From contig DF237670.1 of NCBI GenBank assembly GCA_000708835.1, forward strand, positions 1-40,597: a stretch of DNA of 40,597 nt. The letters are read 5' to 3'. Shown here one piece after another: positions 9,301-21,200 of this stretch (the stretch's first letter is position 1; each line of letters starts with the position of its first letter). The notes beneath the pieces were generated by a model. It saw only the letters and a list, made by a program, of their open reading frames with translations. It did no database searches and was not told the DNA's origin. Origin of the DNA: Klebsormidium nitens (taxonomy: Eukaryota > Plantae > Klebsormidiophyceae). The translations under genes were made by a program, and so were the position numbers.

Positions 9301-12300
9301 ACAAGAGCTATAACGTGGATGCATGACCAGGACCATTCGAGTCACAACTTCTAGTGGGAAGGGTTTCCGAATTGCTAGGAAAACTACTTTTAAACTTAGC
9401 TGTGCTTGACGATGCTAGCACCGTGGTTCTTTTTGCGTATCCACTCTCATCACCTGCTGTTAACGTTTAATTCTGTGCCTATTCCCACCGCCTCTTCTTT
9501 GGTGTCATGACCTGGTGTAAATCTGTCTTCCCTTGTCCAGTACGGAGGCGCCGTGTACACCGAAGGAAACACGACCTTCCTCGGATGTGTTTTCGTCAAT
9601 AACACTGCCAAAGAATGGGGAGGTAACAGCCTCCCCCCTCACAGCCTGAGATGTTACAATCCATCAGAGAGCGTGCTATTAGGCTCTATATTCCATACTT
9701 GTTACGGCTGCTGTCTTCGTGGCTCGGAACTTATCTCACTTGAGAGCCGAGATTCCTACGCAATTTCAAACCATGCGTCCGCTTCCGACAGGCATCAACA
9801 CACAGTTTGCTTCGGTACGATTGTGGTGACCTCTGATGACCGACCGCTTCTTGTGGACACTGCACACTTGCTGTTGCCTTGCGTAAATGACTGCCCGCAC
9901 ACTCGTCATGAATTGATTGTTCGCTTGAGTGCTCGATGATATACAAAGCTCACCGATCCCAGATCACGTTCAACAAGACACGTGGAAATAATGTAACCCC
10001 GAACATCCCCGAGGGAAATGTACCTATAAGACGGTTTCTTAGTCCCCAGCCTTCTAAGCACCCCGCTATTTTCCGCAGGCGCTGTCCACCTCGAAAACTA
10101 CGTTGGAGGGATAGCTTTGAGCGTCAAGGACAGCATCTTCTATGCCTCCGTTTCCGGCAAGGTCGGGGGCGCACTTTCCATCTTGAGTGGCACTTACGAT
10201 CCGAACTACGCCACTATCACAGACAGCGTGTTCGTTGAAAGCAAAGCTACTGAGGTGGGTTACCTCTGACAATGGCGGATTAAGGGTCTGTGACTTTGTG
10301 GATAACGATATTTGTTTAGGTGTTGAAGCTTCTCGGATCGGATAGTCTCGGAGTTATCAGACTGCTTGGCAAAGTTTTGACAATCTGGAAAGTACGTTCC
10401 TTGTAGTAGCAAATGTCAAAAAACGAAACCTTTCAACGTCGAGGGCTCAACATATTGTGGATCTCAGAAAGGACATCGATTGAGTCGTGCTGTTTCGGTA
10501 CCTCGAGGGATCCAAAAATGCTATCAGGGAATTCAGGCTCCAGACGAATGTCCCGAGAACGGGCCACCTGCGAACCTTGGTAGCACCAACTTGATGAAAA
10601 GCTCCATGTAAGGCAAACGAGACAGCCAAAAAGATCGCAACCTGACTTTTTTGAAAAGATTGTAGTTTCGTGATCTTCCTGAAGCTAGACTGAGAAGCGA
10701 GGAGCGAGGTGTGGCAGCAGGTATGAAACACGTGCGCAACTATCTGGCGGCCCGGAACCACAAGGATGGTTGCCGAGATCTCGCACTCACGTGAGGATTT
10801 GGACCTTTGCAGAAGGGAGGCGCTATCTACGCGTACGCAGGACAGAACGGGACCCCAGGAATCAACGCGACCATTACGTACAACGACTTTATCAACGGAA
10901 CTACTACCAACGGGACGTTACCGGCGGTTAGTCCAACCAGCTTCGTAACCTGCCTGCGCTTAGCATGGTCCTGAAATGCGCCCTCAAAACCAGCGGCTTT
11001 CTATTGAGGAGAAAAAGTCGGTTGAAATCTGAATGGTATCGCCAGTACCAGCTCCGAATTACCAGCTACTTTCGAGGAAACAGGGGTCATGATTCTGGGG
11101 CCATAATCTGCGGCAAGTGTCACGATTCGGATTGTTGTAGTGTATGGATTCGGTTACACAACGTTGCAAACTTTCTCCTTGATGGTGCTCGAGTTGCTCC
11201 TCACTTAGCAAGGGAAACTGTCTCTCTGCAACGCCCAGCTTAAGCGCGTTTCGCGAATTGGCTGAAAAGTGACCGAGTGCGGTCATCTTCCGCCAAGGTT
11301 AGCGTCTTTGTGTTTCCAGACAGGTTTCGTCGTCTGTGTTCCAATCTTCCAAAAAACGCATGGCCATCAACTCCGGATCTCGTGATTGTTTGAAGGGCCG
11401 ATGATTTGAAGGTGCGCACCAGAGGGATGGGTGGTAGTTTGAGGGTGCGCGCGAGAGGGGGCAGGTGCGGTGCACGTAACAATGTGTGTAAGGGGTTTTG
11501 GTTGATGTGCCCGGAGCTTAGGTTACTTAAACCAATCATTTGTTAAGGGTACCGTCATTCTGTGGTGGCAACCGGTTAGGTATTTTAGAGGCACTTTTGC
11601 CTGAGGGTCCCAAGCCCCTGCTTGATTAACTCCTAACCGGACAACGAATTCGCCCGTTTACCAGCAGGTTTAACTATTGTTAGCAAGTGGCAGATTCTGG
11701 TAGGCCTCAAGCCCCCCCCCCCAGCAATATACCGAAGGGGGTGCTACTTCGAAGTGACGGTACCCTTATACAAGCTAGACCTACCAGTATCGGTGCGTTG
11801 TGCAGCTCGGAGGCGGTGCCGTCTACATGGGCGGCGACGGTACGACCGGTTTCTTCGCCGGTAACTCCTTCAAAAACAATAAAGCGCCACGTGGCGGCGC
11901 AATCTACGTGTACGGCTCGCTCAACACGTCTTTCTGCGGCGGGGACAGTTTCACAGCGAACGTGGCGCAAACGGTGGGGAGTTAGCGAAACCTGGTCCAG
12001 TAACGCGTGACTAGTCTAGATGAGTTCGTCGGGCCGGTTAGATTAACCTTATTCGGGAACGCAGGGCTGCAGAAGGCCAGACCCTGATCGAAAGGGCCAA
12101 CCAGATTCAAACGGTTGACGAGTAACTTGACAAATCTAGTAATGTTTCCCCCTTTGACACCTGGCTTTTTGAAATGTAGGTTAGTCCAGGCCATCTTGAA
12201 AGGATGAGCTTTGGATGAGCAAGCTGTCGTCCGACGGGTCCAATCAAACATCGCCGATATTGCAGGAAACAAAACTTCAATCTGAAGCGGAACCGACACA

Positions 12301-13820
12301 GTTCGAGAAGCTAGGCGTAATCTGGCCTTCCTCGGAATAATGAAGGAAGCGCTTGCGGAGCTGCTCTCGGTGACCTTCTGTCGCCAAAGTCTGACGTCAT
12401 CATCTTCGTTTCGAACAATTCTCGAACATCGTACGTGTTCATTGCTTTGCTTTCGAAGGATCTCCGTTTTGACGTATCCCGGTGTTGCCACGTGGCAGGG
12501 CCTGGGCGACAACGTCTATATGTACGGCACATACGGTTTAAGCGCCACGTCATTCTGCCCCGCGATCCCCTTGGGAGTGGTCAACGCGCCGAATCAGCAG
12601 ACGCCTTACGTGTACAACGGCTACTCTAACGCAAGTGAGGGACTCTGTTCTGCTCCTTTCTTACTCCTGTAGGTTTTACCCCGCTTTCTCTCCTTCGTTC
12701 TCAACTTTTTTCGTTCTTTGTCAGCGCTTTTTCTCCCTCTCCTTCGTGTATGATTTTCGGTTTTTGCTTGATCCTCGTCCTACCTAAAAGGGACGCTGTC
12801 TTTCGAAGTACAAAATGTACCTCAGAAAACAGTGCCTTTTACGCGGTTTTCGTGAACGCCCTATACGTTTTCGTTTCCGCGCCCGCTAGCTGAAGTGACA
12901 AACTTTGACCGATGCACCGTCTACTACAGATCAGGGACTTAACCGGACTCTAACCAGGAGTGGGCGAGAAATCTTATGCCTATAATCATACTGAGTTCTC
13001 TTTTCTCAGGCTGCGTCGATTGCGACCCTAAAATGATCTGCGACAAGAACGCGACGGGGATCCTCACGCCCGTCGGCGTCGATTGCACGTGCAACGGGGG
13101 CTTCTACGGCAGCGGCTACGCGTGCTATCCGCTCGGCTATAACAAGACCTCCTCCTGTGAGCGCGCGCGTCCACATTTGTGACCTTCTGCCGATGCTACT
13201 TTCCAACACTTGTCTGACGAATGGCGTTTGCGAGAGGGTTCGTGACAAAGTGCGCGGCAATGGTTGAGCGAGATACAGTGGCAACCGGCGGATCAAGTTG
13301 TTGCTTTCTGAGCACGTGGATGTACGCTCCTGTTTCTCCTGGTCCCTATTTCGTACTTTTGTTCTGAGGCGCATCAGGAGACGGGAGCCGCTGTCGTTGA
13401 TGAGCTGCTCCTTAGAAGGCGGGTACCGCGATCCAAGGTTCTTCCAGGCCTTAATTTCTATGCAAGAGGAGCATTCTCGAGTTGCCTCTTGCAAACTGAG
13501 CTCGTTTTGGAGCGTCGGAAGTAAGTGTGCCCTTGTCTGCCGTTGTTTTAAGGGGCCTTTGACACGGACCTTGAAGTACAGAAAACTACGACGTACGCTC
13601 ATCGTCAACGCGTTTTCCTCCGGCTGTTAATTCCTGATCCCAAAAACCAATTTCGAGGTTTTGAGATTAGTGTGCTGAGCCGATGTGCGGTGCTGTCTCT
13701 GCAGTTAGTCTGGCGACCACGCTTATTGCAAAGGCGACCAACACAACCGCCAACCTCACCAGGCTTGCCAACTTTACGACGGTGTCGAATCCGACCTCGG
13801 TCAACGCCACTGCTCGGTAG
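6399..13820 (+). CDS. Secreted right-handed beta-helix (Pmp/pectin-lyase-like repeat) glycoprotein with a C-terminal EGF-like domain, ~486 aa
   Basis: Exons 6399-6471, 7165-7336, 8010-8127, 8575-8646, 9081-9167, 9541-9622, 10079-10254, 10813-10926, 11806-11973, 12499-12634, 13010-13156, 13705-13820; all GT-AG and phase-consistent (1461 nt). Signal peptide MARIVPVAAALCALMVFLRACQTE. Seven GGA(V/I/L) motifs with FxxN motifs. Cys pattern CVDC...C...CTCNGGFYGSGYAC. About 20 N-x-S/T sequons. The last exon is the least certain. Confidence 0.85.
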
Positions 13821-15205
13821 TGAATTGCGCTTTTGAGGAACACTTGGGCTAGGTCGACAGAATGAGAAATGACGCATCCTGCAAGCATTTTTTTCATTGG
13901 CCCCCTCAGGGGCACATATCATCGCGCACTGCGCTCTATGCGAGGACGCACTTGTCCAGATCTGTACAATGTAAGGAACGATCGATACAGGCGGAGAATA
14001 CAGTTGCTGACACATGTGAGGGCGCCGGCCCGCCGCGGAGGCGGCACGTACACGTGGGCGCATGCCATGTGCATGCATTACATTGATTGCACGAGACTGC
14101 GCGGCTTAACATTATTGCCCATACGTGCGGCAAGCTACATACTGTAGCGCTCAGGCGCCGTCTCAACTCAATCTACTTCTGCAAAACCAAATTCTGAAAA
14201 CAAGGATGGCGTACGTTACATTCAATGAGCGCGCTCCTGAATCACGATCCCAGCGTGAGTTCAGTCAAAAAGACAGACGGGAGTCATTTCGTACTCATGC
14301 ACGTGGCCCCATGATTCTTTGATCGTCCTGTACACCGAGGTCACTAGCACCTCACCGGGTAGCAGTGAGTTTAACTTCAACCCGCTCTGAGGCAGCGGCC
14401 GCCGCCTATCCTGGTGAGCGCTGCCGCGCGGCCATGCATGCAGGCACCATTGCTTGGCGGCCGCGCTAGCTGAGGCTTCCGTGATCACTTGCTGAATCAG
14501 GGAGGCCTGGTCATTCAATTGGCGCAGCCATGGCCGGGCCGGACCGAGCGATTCCCCTTCCGCGTTCAGATTATAGTTAGTAGGTTAATTAAGTTTCAGG
14601 AATTGCCAGTTGGTTTTCTCTTCGCTTTCGGCTTTAGTATGGCCAGCGTCTCCCAATAGTGACATTTATTGATATCATTCTGCCTTATCCGCGTAAGTCG
14701 AACCTTTGCCCAGCCGGCGGCCCCTGCTCCGAGGCTCGCCCCGTTCCAATCTCGAGGTTCCAGGCAATTCCGGGCTTGTCCACGGCAGCATGACCGTCCG
14801 CAAGCCCTCGAATCACCTCTCTAATCGACGTAAGCAACGCAGTCCCTCATCCAATTTTGCAGCTGCACACGTGTCTGCGCGCGAGCACCGCATGCAGGGG
14901 CCGGAGCTAAAGGATCTCGCAATCCGAATACATCTTCGTGTGTAGAGGAGCGTGCCTTAAACAAGATGCCAGTGATGACAGCGATTGGACTCGACTCACT
15001 TCAATGCGCAACCCAGGCTTGCGGTCTTCGGATTGTTATGTCGGCCTGAGTTCACATCAATCGCCTTATAGGTGAATCTGCTGTTTGCGACCAACACACG
15101 TTTATTGTTCTCATCAGCGAAGGAATCAAACAATGAACCCACAGATTTGCTCTCCGCTGCTCCTTGGTGTGCACGAAACGTCTAGTGTGCTCATACAAAC
15201 GCACG

Positions 15206-18200
15206 CTATGCTTGGTCCGCCATCATAAGAACAACTAGAGCGGACCACCCGGTGAAAGGATGTGAGCCTGTGCCGTCCCCTTCGTCGCTGTCCTTATACT
15301 GCTCCCAAATGTACCCGCTCTTGTAGTACTGGTCCACGATGTTGCTGCAGGTCGAAGGAAAGGCTTAGAGCGCTAACCTAAAGAATGTACTCATGGATTT
15401 AGAGACAGCTCTACCTTTAAACCCTATCCACACGGGCACCAAACATGCTGACCAAAAATATAGACGCTTACCCACAAGGCTGTACACACGCTTGATTTCC
15501 TGATACAAGAGTGTGCCGAGGAGAAGGAACGAGATGCGGATCAGGAGAAGCGACGAAATGGAGGTTAACTACTGACCCGATAGAAGAAAGACCTTGCGTT
15601 TGCAATCAACGACTCCGCTCTAGCACAGAACTATCTACTTCCCGCGGACCTTACCCGACCAGATTTCGGCGCAGCTCAGCGTGGACTTCGCGGGCCCTCT
15701 CTCGATAGGGCCCCGGGGCTGCAGACCGGGAGAAGCAATGAGCAAGCATCGTTGTCGAAATTTGCCACTGTTTGTAAAGTGCGTTTGTGTTCGACGATGC
15801 TCTGGTGAGAGGCTCCCCATCCGGCGGCAGAATCTTATGACCATTTGGGATGCGCTCAACGCTAGGAGGATACCCTGAGCTTTTGCGCTGCTTGTCAATC
15901 AATCAGATGGAGGAGCTGTCAGAGTTCGAAGTTGGTCCAGCACAAAGTCCATGCTTAAAGATACAGTTGAGGGACATGCCCCTCTGTCTACGGCTCTCCG
16001 CTCGGGAAACCAGAACGACTTTAGGGTCACAACATCAGAGCGACTTGCAAACGAAGTCGTTGTGGTCGCAAAGCGCGTAAGGGCAGACGCCACAAACTTC
16101 AAAATCCTGAGACCCCATATCCTGATCTTAACCCTATTTTCCCTCCAGAGCGCCAGAGGCTTATCATCTTGGAACTCAAGAAAGATAATAAGAAGCCAGA
16201 ATGATAATAAGCTCAACACTAAAACAATTACCCAAAAGCTGAGGTGCTCCAAAGACCCACCCACCCTAAACACCAAACAAACCCTTCCCGTCCAGTGCGG
16301 TTATTTCACTGATATCCCAGCTTTGCGATATTCTTCTCGAGTTCGATCTCACCATCGCCGTAGTGTCGTAGCGCCGCAAGGGCCAGGTAGTTGAGATTGA
16401 TCCAGACGGGGCCACGCCAGTAGGGCGCATCGTGCTCCGTGTTGTGCTTCATGTACATAGAACTGCAAACCGAACGATGGGTTACAGGCACGAGACAGGA
16501 GCAAAAAGTTGATTTTATTGTTTCCTTTGCATGAAAGCGTCACACCAGAGATTAGTAGACAGATCCACAAACGGAGAACCGCTTGCCATATGCTAGGTCC
16601 TACAAGACAGCAAATACAACATACGGTCGCGAAATCGATCCACCCAGAGCTGCACAAGTGGTGAGGAACGCAATTTTGCGGGGCAGAAATGGGACGTTTC
16701 CCTTTTCGTCGTAATTGCAATGAGGTTTTTGTTGAAGCTGAAAAGCTCGCTCGAGCATATCCAGCTCCGTATAGGCGCCGATTGTCAGAAGAGTAGCAAA
16801 AGCTGGCGCTGAAATAGTGAAAACAGTTCTGGTGAGATCATGGCTCGATGCAAGTAAAGAGCGAGCAGCTCCGGAAACAAACCCTGAGCCACCCTTTGGT
16901 CTACGACGGCAAGCTCGTTTCCACGGGCGGAGGGATTGCAACCACAGCTACTGCCAAACTCCAAGGCAACGCTACAATCAAGGCCCGGATGGAGAACCGG
17001 TCCCGTCTCTGGCGACCAGAATCTGCCCTGGGACGCAGCTTTGGGCTGTGGAGACAAGTTTCCAGATGGGATGACGGCCGTCGGATGGCTTTACCTCTCC
17101 GGACTCAGATGCACTACTTTACCTGAAATCTGACGCCCTCTATAAAAGCAGATTACTCTGGCCAAGCCGGCCTGTTTGGTTTGATGATAGGTATAGATGA
17201 TAGTTGTGCGGCTGACCTGCTTCTTGCGAGCGAGCGCAGTCCAAAGGGCGTCCAAAGAAAGTGCTGGTCCGTCAGCTTGTCAATCTGCGTCTCCAGAATG
17301 GGCGAATCCTGCACAGCGACAGGGCAGAGAATCACTACCAAGTTTTTGTCAATTTCGATGCAGACTGAATAAGGATGAGCAGACATGCTTTGCAGCGAAG
17401 CCGTTCCGTTCATCGTGACTGCTCTTCATTTGGTTTCTCTTCCCTTCTACTTCGTGGCTGCTGATTATGTTAGAAAAACGTGTTCCTGACCTCCCGTGCT
17501 TCAAAAAGTCGTCGCATGAAATCTGCAAAACGAATAGCAGGCACCGCACGCCGAGCACGGAGCCGAGCATGGACTCAAGACAAGGGGGTCTGATGGTCCG
17601 ACGATTGAAGATGACGTCAGGAGTTACCTCGCCAGCAGAATCAGCCGCATCAGCAGGCTCAGAAGGTTGCTGACTCTACTTTCATTACAATGGCAAGTCA
17701 AAGGTCTTACCATTCGTTTGAGGAAATCACAATTCCTTTTGCCCGAGCTTTCGACGCTCCAAAAATCATGTGAAAATGACGTCAGCGGTGACCTCACCGG
17801 CGGGGTCAGCCGCATGAGCAGCGGGAAGAGGCTGTCGTAGCCGTAGTGCGGAGCGGATCGCCGCTGGGGCCTTTCGAAAGTTATCCCAATTATCGGACAG
17901 CTGTCCCCAGTATCGGACCTGAAGATTCAAGCCTTCAGAGGTCTGACTTTACAAAGAAAAGCATGACGTCAGCAGTCATCTCACCTGGCGGAAACAGCCG
18001 CATCAGCAGCGGGAAGAGGCTGTTGTAGCCGTCGTGCGGGACGAAGTGTGACCTGGGCTTCCGGTAAACCTTAAATCACCTGACGAGTGTTACTCTCAAG
18101 CTTCAGGAGGCCGAATAATAAAAGAACGTGACGTCAGCGGTGACCTCACCGGCGGGATCAGCCGCATGAGCAGCGGGAAGAGGCTGTTGTAGCCGTAGTG

Positions 18201-21200
18201 CGGCACGAAGCGCGGCCGGGGCTTCCCGTGCGTCACTCTTACGAACTGGCGCCCGTACATGTGGCCGGTGGAGGGGTCGGTGACTGGGCTCGGGACGAGT
18301 TCGACTTTCTCGGTGTGATTGCCGAAGTCGTAGTAGTTGCCAGACTTTTCGTCCAGATGCAACTGAGAAAAGTTGGAGATTTCGTTAGGATCTGCATAAA
18401 AATCTTCGAATTAGCCTCGGAACGAGTTCGACTTTCTCAGTGTGGTTACCGAAGTCGTAATACTTGCCCGACTTTTCGTCCAAGTGCAACTGAGAAAGCT
18501 TTGGAAATTACGTCAGGAATCTGCGCTCTAGTGGGTTTCAGGTTCGAGCAAAGGAATCTTCAAATTGGCCTCGGGGCGAGTTCGACCTTCTCGGTGTGAT
18601 TGCCGAGTCGTAGTAGTTGCCCGATTTTACATCCAAGTGCAACTGAGAAAGGATGAGGTATCAAGTTTCTGCGGCTCAAGGGGGTTTCAGATTGGAGCAT
18701 AGGAGAATTCGAAATGTTAGGATTACAAGCATTGATTGAGCCTGGGGACGAGTTCGACTTTCTCGGTGTGGTTGCAAAGTCGTAGTACTTGCCCGACTTT
18801 TCGTCCAAGTGCAGCTGAAAAAGGTCAAGGATTTAAATCAGGTTTATGGCGATTTGGTGCACGTTGGATTTTTGATTAAAAGGATCCAAACCGTTGAGAA
18901 AGCAAGCGTTGTTTTCAGATATACTCAACGGGTTTTCAAAATCTTGCCGGGCCGGAAAAGATCCAAACCGGAATGCTCGTTCAGTGCTGGCGAATGCCGC
19001 ATGCACCCGATGCTCTTGTAGGGGCCTGGACGGGTCAGCGAACGCAAGTGACTGGAACGAGAAACCTGAAAACCGTCAAAAGCCTCCACTTGATTTTGCT
19101 TGGAGCCCAGATGTTCTAGTTTCAGCACCTCTAGCTCTCGGGTTTCTCGAAAATAGCGAGAATAGGGCAGAGGAAGTTCCACACTGCCCACCTGGTTCAA
19201 CAAGCTGAAGTCGGAGAGGTGCTCGGCCGTCTCCTCGTACACCTGCCACATAAGAAACAATAAAGAGAAGTTTTAGGAATGCTGTCTGGCCGATGAGAAA
19301 CAAACGTGAGAGGGGCAGAGGCACTATATAGACGGTGATTGATTGGTCAGGGCCAAACCAAAACGCAGTCAGGAAACGCCTTCATACTTTCGTAGAGGCG
19401 AGCGAATCGTTAAGGGCATCGTTGTCAGGCTTGTCAGACTAATTATTGGACGGACCCAAAAGACGAACGAATCTTACGTCAGCAGGCTCCCCTAGGATCC
19501 GGCCGATCAGGGCCATGGATTCCGCGGCGAGGGCCATCCAGCACCGGAGATCCACGTGGCGCTCGTCATCGGACGGGTGCGACGCCCGGGGGTAGTCGTC
19601 CAACCCTGACGTCAACGTCTGCGTTCCAGAACATCACTCGGTAAGTAACGAGCGAGAGCCTGTTTTCTTCGGCGTCAGGGATGAAGAGTCTAAGAGTCGC
19701 ACAAGCTTTGAGATTGACAAAGACCTGCTCTCTGACGGGGATTGAGATGGCTCCGCGCTCTACTTCCCCACTGGCACTCTCGGCAGGAAGTAGGTGCCTT
19801 GGGTAACATGGCGGCCGCAAGAGACCAGATCCGTCTCGACGAGAAAAGGGCCGACTTGCACGAAACAACCACAACCTCGCTGCACGTGGCGAGGGTTTCC
19901 TTCCAAAGCGCATCATTGCCACACGCCTCGAAACGTCGCGTGATTGCGAAGACCCTCAGTGCTCGTCAGAATGACGTCAGCGATGGCATCAACGATAAAG
20001 TAGAAGCCCAGTCCCACCTTTGGGTTCAGCTCCCGATCGGTGGTTGCGTCCCGCCCGTGCCAGTAGTAGCTCCCGGGCAGCTTACCTGCAAACGTTTACA
20101 AACATTTCTATTCCTGAGCATTCGTCACAAAGCGCCTACCAAAGCTTACGGAACGTGCTAGACCATTCAGAGTTGAGCGACTTTTGCACGAAGATGAGTT
20201 GAAACTTGGCTACCGGACTGATGAATGATTGCAAGGGGGTCACGCGAGTCACAGCCTCTACTTGGTTTCTCCCTCCTAAGAATCAAACGGATTGATCGCT
20301 TGTGTGCACCATGCGGAAATCAGATGATATCGACTCTATTTCGTTCCCGATGCTTCAGAAGGCGCACACGTCAGTACCTTCGGAAAGCGTGCCGGCTTAC
20401 CGACTTGCGTGGTGTTGAACCAGTTGAACCAGACCTTGAGCCGGGGGTAGCTCCGGACCAGGAACGCCTTCTCCGCAGCCAGGAGCGCGCGTTCGTCATC
20501 GCTGACGTCAGCGGCTGCGTCCGAAGACGCCGCAGCAATGCGCATGGCGATCTCTGTACGATGAAAACAGCGGCTTATCCAAGAGACATGCGAATAGGAT
20601 GGGGCACGCTATACTGGCATTCGTGAAAAAGAAGAGCGTTGAGTGGTTGGAAGGCGACCCTGTTTAAAAACCACTCAGAATCCGAAGACCACCAATGCAA
20701 AATTCATCAGCTCGTTGTTGCGCATAAGGGAACAACTTCAAGCATTTCGAAAAATTCTGCGAGTCGGTCGGGAGGTAGTAAGTATTCAATAAAAAAAGTA
20801 ACAACCGCTTGATGTCAGTAAGACAAAAAGCACAGGGGTGAGTCGGCATGTAACCCTGACCATGCCAAGTATCACAACTCGGTGCATAAGAGTTGGTTGA
20901 CCAATCTGGTGATCGTTACCATCATTCTGACGGTCCAAAACTGCATACCGTTCTGAGAACCGACGACACAATCGACAGAGCGCCAAAGCCCACTCACCTC
21001 GAAGCGGCATGAACAACGTCGGTGGGTTTGCGTTCGTCGTGTGCTGCAAAACGAACTGGTCTGGAACACGCCTGCAAACAAGATACCGAGCGGTCAGCGT
21101 ATAGCAACATGAAGGAAACGCAAAGGCTGTGAGACTTTCAGCATATGAGTGAACCAAGATGAGGTCAGACGAAAGAAGGCGCATAAGGCAGAGAACCATT

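Noticed and set aside
13006-13608. 200-aa minus-strand ORF
   Set aside because: Antisense to exon 11 and intron 11 of the beta-helix gene, with no motif.
16600-17133. Several overlapping short ORFs in the GCS1 intron between exons 15 and 16
   Set aside because: No recognisable domain or consistent frame; at most an unidentifiable insertion remnant.
17585-18822. CRISPR-like repeat-spacer appearance
   Set aside because: The units are degenerate copies of a host exon junction in a eukaryotic intron, with no constant repeat length and no cas genes.
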